A stretch of DNA of 64,000 nt from Thermoanaerobaculia bacterium (lineage in GTDB: Bacteria > Acidobacteriota > Thermoanaerobaculia > UBA5066). Shown here piece by piece: positions 1 to 9,281 of this stretch. Made by a program: the position numbers and the translations under genes. The stretch spans positions 64,001 to 128,000 of the forward strand of contig CAWFJJ010000028.1 of the NCBI GenBank assembly GCA_963816185.1. Reading direction: 5' to 3'. Numbering within the stretch: position 1 is the first letter of the stretch; each line of letters begins with the position of its first letter. The notes under the pieces were generated by a model, which ran no database searches, had not been told where the DNA came from, and saw only the letters and a list, made by a program, of their open reading frames with translations.

Positions 1-359
1 GTTGAATCAGGTTCGCGTCTCGGTACACGGGCTCTCCCATGCGTCCGTCGGCAACCCGGCAGGCGTGGGGGCTCCCCTCACGCAATCGCCCTTCGCCCAG
101 ACGCCCTACGGCGCGGCCGCGTTCGGGGCCGGCTACTCGCCGGGCTTCATCCAGCAGCAGCCTCCAGCCGGGGTTCGCGCCCCAATACCCGGTCGGGATC
201 GGCCAGGGCTTCAATCCCGTGCTCGGCCTGAGCCACACGACCCAGGAGGGCCTCGAGAACCGTCCCGTCTGGACGGACCCGCTGATGGCGGCGCGAATCG
301 CCCAGACCTTCCCGTACCTTTACCTCTCGGTGTCGCCGGCTGTCGGAACGATCTACTAG
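1..359 (+). CDS. Hypothetical G/P/Q/Y-rich protein with two GLSH motifs (5' partial, apparent frameshift near 160)
   Basis: Frame of ORF 2.. reads LNQVRVSVHGLSHAS...GFIQQQ. Protein-like text continues in the frame of ORF 39..359 (LQPGFAPQYPVGIGQGFNPVLGLSHTT...TIY*). Confidence 0.6.
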
Positions 360-416
360 TCCGTTTGAATCCAATCGGGTCAATCCGGCGCCGGGAGGAA
401 GCGAATCAGTGCCAGG

Positions 417-449
417 GGCGGGGCCGCCAGAGTGGCCCCGCCGCTTTCT
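417..449 (+). terminator. GC-rich hairpin, terminator-like
   Basis: GGCGGGGCCGC-CAGA-GTGGCCCCGCC forms an 11-bp stem with one GU pair, followed by GCTTTCT. Confidence 0.45.
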
Positions 450-519
450 CATGAAGACGCGAGACCGGACCACCGCGAGACAGAGCCGTTCGGTCCTCGC
501 GAGCCGAAAAGGAGCGGGT

Positions 520-1065
520 ATGAACAAGAACGTGGAGACCCTTCCGAACACGGGAATCGACGAGACGATCGGACGCATCGAAGATCTCTACCAGAAGGTG
601 ACGGGGACGGCCGTCCCGGCGGGCGATGCCCTCTACGCACCGATCCCGGCCGAGAGAGATCCCGCCGAGCACGTCGAGGAGCAGCTCAACCGCCTGCTCG
701 GAATGCTGGGCGGCTGGGCGTCGCCGTCGAGCCCCGCGTGGGCTCCGCCGATCTCGATCTCGGAGAGCGAATCCGAGATCGTCGTCGACGCCGATCTTCC
801 CGGAGTCGGCCGGGATCAGGTGTCCGTGACGGTGCATGGGAACGCGCTCGTCATCGCCGGTTCGCGCCTGGTCTCGCACAACAACGGGATGCTGTTCAGG
901 CAGAACGAGCGGCCGCTCGGGCCGTTCCGCCGCGTCGTGATGATGCCGGGGATGCGCTCGGGCGAGCCGGTCGCGCAGATGAAGGACGGTGTCCTCGAGA
1001 TCCGCATCCAGAAGGACACCCAGGCGGTGAAGCCCCGTCAGATCGTCGTCAATCACGTTAATTGA
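520..1065 (+). CDS. Hsp20/alpha-crystallin family small heat-shock protein
   Basis: AAAAGGAG RBS before ATG 520; motifs PPISISE, DLPGV, ERPLGPFRR, AQMKDGVLEIRI. Confidence 0.9.
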   Translation: MNKNVETLPNTGIDETIGRIEDLYQKVTGTAVPAGDALYAPIPAERDPAEHVEEQLNRLLGMLGGWASPSSPAWAPPISISESESEIVVDADLPGVGRDQVSVTVHGNALVIAGSRLVSHNNGMLFRQNERPLGPFRRVVMMPGMRSGEPVAQMKDGVLEIRIQKDTQAVKPRQIVVNHVN

Positions 1066-1089
1066 TCGCACGGGTCCCGGGGCGGGGCG

Positions 1090-3054
1090 CCAGTAGCCGA
1101 GCCAGACGTCCTTTCCGAAGGCGTGCACGACGGCCTCGTCGAGATCGGAGACGAACGAGACGATCTCGCGGCTGACGTCGGCCGGAACGAGAGCGCTTCC
1201 TTCGAGCTCGCGGCGGTTCCCCGCGGGGAGGAGGATCTTCGCGAGGTTGCGGTTGTAGGCCCCCCTCACCTTGTACTCGGGCTCGCCGACGGGTTTCACG
1301 ACGAGGACGTCGTGCGCGTCGGCCACGAGGGCGCCCGTCGACGCGATCGTCTGCGGCACGGGCTTGTCGAGGAAAACGGAGAGGAAAGCCAGCGCCGACG
1401 GGAGGCCGGCGGAGAGGCCCCCGGAGGGCTCGTCCTCCTTCGTGACCTTGTACGTGTAGCCGTAGTCGAGAATGTCGCGCGTCGGCTCCGGCCATTTCGC
1501 GCGCGCGTATTCCCGCACCGAGAAAAACGTGTTGCGCACGGCCTGCGTCATCTCGGGCGTGAGATTCCCGAGGATCTCCTCGAGGAATCCCCCGCGGCCG
1601 CGCTCGGCGGGCCGCCGGGCGGCCCAGACCTCGTGCACGAGACCGCGCGGTTTGCCGGAAAGGTGATACACGGCAGCGGCGAGCACGCGTCCCACGGGAT
1701 GCCGCGCCCGTTCCGCGGCGTCCTCGAGGGCCGCGGCACGTTTCGCGCAGCGCTCCGAGTCCGCCGTTCGGCCGAAGATTCCGTGGAACGCCGCGAGCTG
1801 CCGCCAGAGGGACGACCGGAGCGGAGAAGCGTGGAGCGCTGCGTCGAGGCGCTCGAGCGTCGCGCGCGCCGTTTCGGGGCGGCTGAAATAATCCACGACC
1901 GCGCGCGAAGGCTTTTGACCGTGATGCTCCAGAAGCGCGCCGATGATACGGAGATCGCCCGGCGACTTCTGCAGGCTCGCCAGATAGAGCGGAATCGCTT
2001 TCTCGAAAGATCCCTCGAGAGCGGTGAGATCGCCGCGGTACATGAGGCCGAGCGCGTCCTCGTCGTTCCGCAGCAGCTCGGCGGCCCCTCGCCGGTCGTG
2101 GCGGAGGGCGAGTGAGATCGCCCGCTCCCGGGGGAGATCAGGCGCGGCCCGGTCCGCGTCCGGGAAGGTGACCGCGCCGAGCTTGTCGAGGGGGAGATAG
2201 TGTTGCGCGGCGGTCCGGACGACGTCGCCGAACGAGGGACGGTGCATCCGGCGCCGGAAGAGCTCGAGGAAGCGCCGCTCGTAGCCGGCGGCTACTTGCG
2301 TCCGCCCGAGGAGCCGGCAAAGGGACGTCAGGTGCCCCAGCACGGAGACCTTCTCGTAGCTCCTCTCGAAATGCTGGTAGACGTTGACGGCCTTTTCCAG
2401 GAGCTCCTTCGTTCCGATCCGCTCGTAGAGCCGCGCGAGAGCCAGCACGCGGTCGCTGTCGGTCTCGAATCCGCGGTCCTTGCCGAGGGATTCCAGGATG
2501 GAGCGGGCGGAATCGAGGTCGCCCGAGAGCTCGGCGATCCAGGCGTTCGCGAGGACGGCGAGCTTGTAGACGTCGACGTCCGTCGCGCGGTACTTGCGCG
2601 CGATCTCCTCGCAGCGCTTACGCGCCTCGTCCGGACGCTCCTCGAGGAAGAGCCGGAACGCCCTCTCGAGCTCCAGGAGCGCCGCGGGCTTTTTCCAGAA
2701 CTGGAACGGTCCGAGGGCCACGTAGTTTCCGGGGCCGCGCCCGCTTTCCCTCGCGAATTGGAGAAGGGAGCTCAAGTGGATCAGGGCTCCCTGCTCTCGC
2801 GGAGCCTTCTCGTGCACCTGCGTCCAGCAGGCGATCGCCTCGGAGAGCTCTCCGCGCATGTGCTTGATCTTTCCGAGGAGGTCGAGCGCCGTCAGATCCT
2901 CCGGGCGCTCCTCGAGAGCTCCCTCGACCTCAGCTTCCGCGTCGTAGAGCTCGCCGAGCTCGACGAGAATGCTGGCATGTCGAAGGCGGTCGTCCAGGGT
3001 GGTCGAGGTCGCGGGTTGCCCGGAAGCGGCGGCGTCGTTCGTCACGCGCCGCAT
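1090..3054 (-). CDS. TPR-repeat protein with C-terminal Lon-type (S16) Ser-Lys protease domain; 3' end uncertain because the frame stays open to 406
   Basis: N-terminal TPR-like helices (ALDLLGKIKHMRGELSEAIACW; GDLTALEGSFEKAIPLY). C-terminal PSGGLSAG...ASTGAL...VKPVGEPEYKVRGA...KILLPAGN parallels Lon DGPSAG...TGE...PIGGLKEK...VLIP. Confidence 0.8.
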
Positions 3055-3133
3055 TGTAGTGAGCGGAGAGCAAAATTCGAGGGACCACCGCCGGCCAGTC
3101 GGAGGCAAGCCTAGACCACGGCGACGACCTCGA

Positions 3134-4381
3134 TCATCTTGCCGGATCGGAGGGACGTGTGTGCCCCGGCAACAACGGTTCGAGCGCATCCGCCGCTGCC
3201 GCAGAGCCGCCTGCCGCACGAAACGCGTCGGCGATCCGCTCGGCGCCAGCCCGGCATGCGCGGGCGCCCGCCACCGCGGCGCGGAGCCGCGCCGGAGTGA
3301 GCTTCTTCGCCGGCAGGCGCGTCCCCGCGCTCGCGACCTCCACGTGACGGGCGACCTCGAGCTGGTCGCGGCCGAACGGAACCACGCAGACCGGAACCCC
3401 TGCGGCCAGCGCTTTCTGCGTAACGCCCATCCCGCCATGGCACACGACCGCGACAGCTCGCCGGAGGATCGGGCCGTGTGGCACGAACCGTTCGACGCGC
3501 GCGTCAGCGGGCGGCCGGAAACGAGAGGGATCCACGGCGGCGGTCGTCACGACGACGAAGACGTCTTCCCCGGCGAGCGCCTCGAGCGCCACCTCGACCA
3601 GGCGGCCGTCGTCCTGGAACTCGGTCGAGCAGGTCACGAGCACGAGTGGTTTCGTCACGCGCGAGAGCCATGCCGGCGGATCGCCGGGCGGGTCCCAGAA
3701 GCACGGCCCGACGGGCACGACGCTGGGCGGGCGCGCGGGGCACGCGTACTCGAACGGCTCGGCCGTGTAGTACAGGATCCGCGGCGCGGTGCGGCCCAGG
3801 TCCGTCATGTGCGAGAGCGGCGGCAGCCCCACCCGGGCACGGATCGAGTTCAGCGCGGGAAGGTTGCGGTTGACGACGCCGTGGACCAGCTTCGCCATCA
3901 CGGTGTCGCGCAGCCGGCCGAAGAGATCACGGCGCGGCGCCAGACCGGGACCGAACGGCGGCAGCCCCGGCAACCTCCGCGGAAGGAAATACGGCATGAA
4001 GAGCGCCCAGGGCAGGCCCGACCGCTCAGCCACCGCCGCGGCGCCCCAGCAATTGAAATCGACGAGAAGCAGGTCCGGGTGCTCCGTCGCGATCGCGCCC
4101 TCGAGATCCGGGATCTCGTGCCCGGCGCGGGCGACGAACACGCGCACGGCGCGGTCGAGGGCGGCCGCCGGCGATGAAGCGCTCCAGTCGTCGTGCGTCA
4201 CCGCCTCGATCGCCGCGTCGATGGGGCGTGTCCGCAGCCCGGTCGCGGTCATCCGCTCCACCTCGCCCGACAGCGTCATCAACGTGACGTCGTGACCCCG
4301 GTGCACCATCTCGAGGAGCACGGGCACGGTCGGATACAGGTGACCCCGCCCCGGCGACGTGTAGCAGAGTACCTTCGCCAT
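3134..4381 (-). CDS. GT1/MGT-family (UDP-)glycosyltransferase
   Basis: GHLYPT N-terminal motif; FVPHGPIL...VCHGGMG...PFGRDQ UDPGT signature. Confidence 0.9.
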   Translation of the reverse strand: MAKVLCYTSPGRGHLYPTVPVLLEMVHRGHDVTLMTLSGEVERMTATGLRTRPIDAAIEAVTHDDWSASSPAAALDRAVRVFVARAGHEIPDLEGAIATEHPDLLLVDFNCWGAAAVAERSGLPWALFMPYFLPRRLPGLPPFGPGLAPRRDLFGRLRDTVMAKLVHGVVNRNLPALNSIRARVGLPPLSHMTDLGRTAPRILYYTAEPFEYACPARPPSVVPVGPCFWDPPGDPPAWLSRVTKPLVLVTCSTEFQDDGRLVEVALEALAGEDVFVVVTTAAVDPSRFRPPADARVERFVPHGPILRRAVAVVCHGGMGVTQKALAAGVPVCVVPFGRDQLEVARHVEVASAGTRLPAKKLTPARLRAAVAGARACRAGAERIADAFRAAGGSAAAADALEPLLPGHTRPSDPAR

Positions 4382-4980
4382 CACTTGCCTCCATACGCGC
4401 AGAGCGCGTCGATCATTCCGAGCACGACTTCCTCGGCGTCCGCGCGCGGCACGGCGAGATCGCGGCGCAGGAGCTTCCAGACGTACACGTCCGTGAGCGC
4501 GATCAGCTGCGTGCGCCGCCGGGAGCGCGCGCGCCCCCGGAAACGAACCAGCTCGGGTTCGAAGACCCGATCGACCCACTCGGCGTGCGTCCGGCGTCCT
4601 TCCCGCGCGATCGCGGCGATCTGGGGGATTCGCTCCTCCTGCTCGAGCAGGCGCATCACGGTCCGTCCCCAACGCTCGTAGTGGTCGAAGAGGTTCTTCA
4701 TCGCGGAGGCGGGATTCCGGACCGGCGAGGCGCCGCGTTGCGCCAGGATCTGCGCCCGTCCCTCTCGTACGGCGGCGACGAAGAGGCCTTCCTTCGAGCC
4801 GAACCGGCGTAGCACCGTCTGGACCGTGACTCCCGCGCGCGTCGCGGCCGCATGGACCGTGATCCGGTCGTATGGCCGCTCGGCGAAGAGCTCCTGCATC
4901 GCGTTCACGATCCGCCGGGCCGTCTCGGCCGCTGCGTCGGCGCGCGCGCGCATCCGGTAGGGTCGCCGCTTAGATTTCAT
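4381..4980 (-). CDS. TetR/AcrR family regulator
   Basis: HTH region ITVHAAATRAGVTVQTVLRRFGSKEGL; stop overlaps the GT start codon. Confidence 0.9.
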   Translation of the reverse strand: MKSKRRPYRMRARADAAAETARRIVNAMQELFAERPYDRITVHAAATRAGVTVQTVLRRFGSKEGLFVAAVREGRAQILAQRGASPVRNPASAMKNLFDHYERWGRTVMRLLEQEERIPQIAAIAREGRRTHAEWVDRVFEPELVRFRGRARSRRRTQLIALTDVYVWKLLRRDLAVPRADAEEVVLGMIDALCAYGGK

Positions 4981-4996
4981 ATTAGTTATACTAATA
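4980..4996. promoter_or_regulatory. Palindromic TetR operator candidate TATTAGT-TAT-ACTAATA
   Basis: Perfect 7-bp inverted repeat abutting the TetR ATG and containing a -10-like TATAAC on the minus strand. Confidence 0.65.
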
Positions 4997-5068
4997 CGAA
5001 TAGAAGCGAAGGTCGTGAACAACACGAGGGATAAGGCGACCGCACGCGGGCTGGCCTGGAGCTGAGGT

Positions 5069-5773
5069 TCAGTTCGCGACGCCGTCCTCTTGCAGGCGGT
5101 CCGCGAGAGCCGTGACCGTGCTCCGCGCGAGGTGACGGCTCATTGGAAACTCGGCGTCGCGGTTCGTGACGACGCCCTTCCAGATCTCGAGGTCGCCGTC
5201 GAGGGCCGTCAGGCTCGCGACGAAACGGGTTTGGATTTGCGTGGAGCCGGGGATTCCGAACCCGCCCTCGCCTGCGAGATCGGGGTAATGCTTCACGGCC
5301 ACCCCGTTCAGCCGGACGACGAGAAGGCCGTCGAAGCCCTCCTTCCGCGCCCGTTTGCGCAAGTCCACTTCGTCCAGGAGCGCCTTCACCTCCACGAGGC
5401 GCGGCCCCGACGGCCTACGGTTCCTCGCGTTCCAGAGGGCCTCGGCGGTTCCGCGCGACGCCGAGCGTCCGAGCCGGCGTTCGAGCGCTGCGATCTGAAT
5501 GGAAACGGAGTAGCCTGCCCCTTCGGCGAAGCTGTCGAGCGTGCCCTGCAGCGCCACCGTCTCGTACGACGCGGCCGGGTGCAGCGATGCGAGGCGAGCC
5601 ACGAGCGTGTCCTCTGCGACGCGGCGCGACGCGCCGGACAACTCGACGACGACGAGCGTGCGCGTGAAGGCGGGCGCGGGCTGCGGGAGGCGGGACCGGC
5701 TCTCTACGGAGATCGAGGAGCAGGCGGCCATGGTCAGCGTGGAGAGAGCCAAAAGGGCCGCAAAGAGCCTCAT
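5069..5773 (-). CDS. Hypothetical lipoprotein
   Basis: MRLFAALLALSTLTMAAC lipobox-like signal; AGGAGG RBS. Confidence 0.65.
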   Translation of the reverse strand: MRLFAALLALSTLTMAACSSISVESRSRLPQPAPAFTRTLVVVELSGASRRVAEDTLVARLASLHPAASYETVALQGTLDSFAEGAGYSVSIQIAALERRLGRSASRGTAEALWNARNRRPSGPRLVEVKALLDEVDLRKRARKEGFDGLLVVRLNGVAVKHYPDLAGEGGFGIPGSTQIQTRFVASLTALDGDLEIWKGVVTNRDAEFPMSRHLARSTVTALADRLQEDGVAN

Positions 5774-5989
5774 GGCGACCTCCTTCTCCAAGAGAGTCTC
5801 CGAATTGAGACTACTCCCTCGGATAGTGCATTTCCCGCGCCAGGAAGAGGTGAGAGCCCCAGTCGGGTCCACGCGTCCGCGCGCTGGATGTCGCCACGAA
5901 CTCGTCCGCGAACTGCGGCGGGTCTTGCGCCCGCTTCCGTCGTCGGAGGCGTAGTGGCGAAAGCGGACTCGAAGAAGGCGAGTTAGAAA

Positions 5990-6066
5990 TGGTGGGCCCG
6001 ACAGGAATCGAACCTGCGACACGCGGTTTAGGAAACCGCTGCTCTATCCAACTGAGCTACGGGCCC
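5990..6066 (-). tRNA. tRNA-Arg(CCT)
   Basis: Minus strand GGGCCCGTAGCTCAGTTGGATAGAGC-AGCGGTTT-CCT-AAACCGC-GTGTCGCAGGTTCGATTCCTGTCGGGCCCACCA; 77 nt with encoded CCA. Confidence 0.97.
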
Positions 6067-6119
6067 GGCCCTGGCGGGGAGTTGATTCTCGCATGCCGTA
6101 TTCGACAGAATGGCTCCCG

Positions 6120-6479
6120 GTGAAGAGGAAGAAGCACGAGGTCCCGGACCCCGGAACGAAGGAACACCGCAGGGGAAGCCGGGCCAAGGCCGTGATCCCC
6201 ATCGGCGTTCGCGTGGGCGGGCGTCCTCTGACCGCGGGCTGCACGCTCAACGTGGGAGAGAGCGGGGCGCTGCTCATCTGTTCAGAGGACCTCGACGTCG
6301 GCACCGAGATGCAGGTCACGAACCTCAAGTCCGACGAGTTCTTCACCTGCCGCGTGGTGCGGCGCGCCGGCTTCCACGAATCGGGCCGGTTCGGGCTCGG
6401 AGTGGAGATCCTGAACCCGGACCGTGAAACGGCCGACGCCCTCTCGGCGGCCGAGCGGGACAAGAAGAAGAGACGCTAG
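6120..6479 (+). CDS. PilZ-domain (c-di-GMP binding) protein
   Basis: RRGSR (RxxxR) and NVGESG (D/NxS/GxxG) motifs; start is GTG 6120 or ATG 6093. Confidence 0.75.
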   Translation: MKRKKHEVPDPGTKEHRRGSRAKAVIPIGVRVGGRPLTAGCTLNVGESGALLICSEDLDVGTEMQVTNLKSDEFFTCRVVRRAGFHESGRFGLGVEILNPDRETADALSAAERDKKKRR

Positions 6480-6481
6480 CC

Positions 6482-6730
6482 TCACGCGGAGATCTGCCGC
6501 GGTGAGTCCGACTTCTCGGACTTGAGGTGAACGAGGTGGATCACCTTGCTCGCGCGCACCGCGGCCGTGGCGCCAAGCGGCAGGAAGTCGTCCTCCTGGC
6601 GTGCGACGTACTTCGCGAAGCCGTCCGTTACCTCCGTGACGTCGTCGAGCTCGTGGAACATCTCGAATTCGACCGGTTCCGGCAGACCTTCCACAATGAG
6701 CCGAAAGGTGTGCAGGTAGTTGTGTTCCAT
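6482..6730 (-). CDS. Small acidic hypothetical protein (82 aa)
   Basis: GGAGG RBS, natural amino-acid composition and codon usage. Confidence 0.7.
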   Translation of the reverse strand: MEHNYLHTFRLIVEGLPEPVEFEMFHELDDVTEVTDGFAKYVARQEDDFLPLGATAAVRASKVIHLVHLKSEKSDSPRQISA

Positions 6731-6795
6731 GTGGGGCCTCCGGCGTTGATTGTCGCGCAGGCCGCGATTCGGAGAGGCGTCGTATCGTTAGGCGC

Positions 6796-8418
6796 TTGAA
6801 AGAGGCTTCCGGTTCCCTTCGGATCCCCGTCCTTCTCGCCGCGGCGGCGGCTCTGATCTACATGGTCGCCGCGGTGGGGCGCGACTTCTGGGCGCCCGAC
6901 GAGCCTGATTTCGCCGAGCAGGTGCGCGAGATGCTCGAGCGAAAGAGCGTTCTCCTGCCGTATCAGAACGGAAAGCCGTACTCGGAGAAGCCGATCTTCT
7001 TCTACTGGGCGGTGGCGGCGACGACGCCGCTCTCCGGGGGCGACGTGAGGCCCTTCGCGACGCGCCTGCCGTCGGTTCTCGCCGGCGCGGCCCTCGTTTT
7101 TTGCGCCGCGGCTTTCGCGGGCAGGCGCGGGGGAGACCGCGAGGCCCTCGTCGCGGGCGCGGCGACCGCCGTCGCGCCGATCGTCTTCTGGCAGGGACAG
7201 TTCCTTCAGGTCGACGCTCTCTTTTCCTGTTTGCTGATGCTCAGTCTGGTTTCGGTGTTTTTCTTAGAAGGTGAAGAGAGGCACGGCACGCGCTGGCTCT
7301 GGGCGCTGCGTTTTTCGATCGCGCTCGCCGTGCTGACCAAGGGCCCGCTGGCGATCGTCTTGGTGGGATTGGTCGTCCTCTCCCGCTGCGCGATGGCCAG
7401 GTCCTTGCGGCTCCTTGGCCGTCTGCAACCCATTCGAAGCATCCTCGTCTTTCTTCTCCTCGTGGTCCCCTGGTACTACCTTGCGGCGCGCGCCGGCGGC
7501 CCGACGTACGCCTACGACCTCGTCGTGAATCAGAACTGGAACCGCTTTTTCCGGGCCTTCGACCACATCCAGCCGTGGTGGTTCTATCTCGAGAGCATCT
7601 GGAGCGACTTCTTCCCGTGGACGGCGCTCGCGCTCGGAGCGCCCTTCGTGCTCGCCCGCGCGGGCCTCCTTCGCGAGCGGCCGGAGCTGCGGTTCGCCGT
7701 GACCGCCGCCGCGGTGATCTTCGTGTTCCTCTCCGTTTCGCAGTCCAAGCAGGGCAAGTACCTGCTCCCCGCTTATCCGTTCGCGGCGGTTCTCGTGGCG
7801 GCGCTCGCGGCGGAAGCGGAACGCAAAGCCGCGACGGGCGGAGGCGGCCTGCTCCGGGCCGTGCGCGCCTGGATCGCGCTCGCCGCGATCGTCCTCTTCG
7901 TCGGGGCGATCGCGCTCGCACCGGCCGTGCACCGGTTCGCGGCCGAACAGGCAGGCCTCGTGCCGTTCGCCGCGATTCCGATCGGCCTCGGGGCCGCCGC
8001 GACGCTCGTCATCCTGGCCGGGCGGCGGCTTGAAATAGTCCCCGCGATGCTCGCTCTCGCCGCGACTCTCGCGGCGGGGGAGGTCGCGGCGGGCGCCGTG
8101 GTATTCCCGGCGATCGATACCCTGAAGACGGGAAGGCCCTTTTACGAGCGCCTGCGTCCGCTTGTTTCACACGGCGAGCCCCTCGCCTACTTCGGAGACA
8201 CGTACCGCTGCTATCCGATCCTCGTTCTCCGGCGGAAGACCGAGCACTTCAGGAGCGACGCCGCGCTCGCGGAATGGATCGAGAGAACCCCCGGAGCCCT
8301 CGTGCTCGTGGACGAGAGCGAGCGGAGGCACTGGAGGGACGGCCGTCTCTCGCGACTCGTCGTCCTGGACCGGCAGCGGGTGGGCGGCGACGAGGCGCTG
8401 CTCCTGGGACGGCCATGA
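6796..8418 (+). CDS. ArnT/PMT-like GT-C glycosyltransferase
   Basis: PDEPDF, YSEKP, RLPS, LTKGP, K..KYLLP motifs; many TM segments. Confidence 0.9.
   Translation: MKEASGSLRIPVLLAAAAALIYMVAAVGRDFWAPDEPDFAEQVREMLERKSVLLPYQNGKPYSEKPIFFYWAVAATTPLSGGDVRPFATRLPSVLAGAALVFCAAAFAGRRGGDREALVAGAATAVAPIVFWQGQFLQVDALFSCLLMLSLVSVFFLEGEERHGTRWLWALRFSIALAVLTKGPLAIVLVGLVVLSRCAMARSLRLLGRLQPIRSILVFLLLVVPWYYLAARAGGPTYAYDLVVNQNWNRFFRAFDHIQPWWFYLESIWSDFFPWTALALGAPFVLARAGLLRERPELRFAVTAAAVIFVFLSVSQSKQGKYLLPAYPFAAVLVAALAAEAERKAATGGGGLLRAVRAWIALAAIVLFVGAIALAPAVHRFAAEQAGLVPFAAIPIGLGAAATLVILAGRRLEIVPAMLALAATLAAGEVAAGAVVFPAIDTLKTGRPFYERLRPLVSHGEPLAYFGDTYRCYPILVLRRKTEHFRSDAALAEWIERTPGALVLVDESERRHWRDGRLSRLVVLDRQRVGGDEALLLGRP
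7258..7442. repeat. Paired inverted motif locus A
   Basis: Left TTCTTAGAAGGTGAA 7261-7275; degenerate right arm ACCCATTCGAAGCAT (core 7433-7441). Confidence 0.6.
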
Positions 8419-9128
8419 CGGAGCTCCGCGACGCGCTCGTGTTCGGGGAGGCCTCCGAGCGCTACCCCGGACGGCACGAGGTCGTGAACGCGACGTTCGA
8501 GCGCGGCGGCGAGCGGATTCCGGTCGTCGTCAAGAAGGTGCCGCTCGACTTCCGGCAGCGCCTGACGGCGCCCAAGGCCTTACGCTCTTTCGCCACGGCT
8601 CGGGCCCTTCTCGCCCGTTCTCTTCCCACACCCGAGCCACTGGCAGCCGAGGTCGTCGGCCAGGAGAGCTGGTACGTGGCGCGCCGGGTCGAAGGGGCGT
8701 CGCAGATCCGCGCCTGGTTTCTCCACCGGGACGACCCCCGGCGGCCCCCTCCACCGCTGCCGTTCTCGTTCGAGGAGGTCGTCGAGGCCCTCGGAAAGCT
8801 GGGGCGGCGGATGCACGACGCGGGGGTCTTCTTCCGCGATTTCACCGACGGGAACGTTCTCGTGACGGACCAGGAGGGGACGCTCCGACTCTGGCTCGTG
8901 GATCTCAACCGGGCCCGAGTGGGCGAGGTCCCGGTTCCCAGGTTGCTTCGTTACCGGGATCTCGCTCGCCCAGGGTTGAATCGCCCCGAGGACGTCAACC
9001 TCCTTCTTTCCAGCTATTTCCTGCCGGATCCACCTCCGGTTCGGGCGATCCGCGCGGTGCGCTGGCTCCGCCGAAGGATCGTTCTGTGGGACGGTTTCAA
9101 GGCCTTTGCGAGACCCTGGAGAAAGTGA
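8415..9128 (+). CDS. LPS kinase (Kdo/WaaP/InaA-like)
   Basis: VVVKK, PTPEPLA, MHDAGVFFRDFTDGNVL, LVDLN; ATGA overlap with ArnT. Confidence 0.8.
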   Translation: MTELRDALVFGEASERYPGRHEVVNATFERGGERIPVVVKKVPLDFRQRLTAPKALRSFATARALLARSLPTPEPLAAEVVGQESWYVARRVEGASQIRAWFLHRDDPRRPPPPLPFSFEEVVEALGKLGRRMHDAGVFFRDFTDGNVLVTDQEGTLRLWLVDLNRARVGEVPVPRLLRYRDLARPGLNRPEDVNLLLSSYFLPDPPPVRAIRAVRWLRRRIVLWDGFKAFARPWRK

Positions 9129-9145
9129 GGGTGGCGGAGAGGCCG

Positions 9146-9172
9146 TAAACCATGGGAGCGAAAATTGCGTCC
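9146..9172 (+). promoter_or_regulatory. ECF-type promoter candidate TAAAC-N17-CGTC
   Basis: AAC...CGT spacing typical of ECF promoters, directly upstream of an ECF sigma gene. Confidence 0.45.
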
Positions 9173-9281
9173 AATCGGAGTGAGCGGAACCGCGTTGGCC
9201 TCTGTCCTGACCTTTCCCGCAAGAGATGGCACCGAGAAAGTCGCTCGTCATGAAAGATCCGCGAGAGAGGCGGTGCGACCC

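Noticed and set aside
1-6066. Genomic island integrated at tRNA-Arg
   Set aside because: No integrase and no duplicated tRNA 3' end visible in the window.
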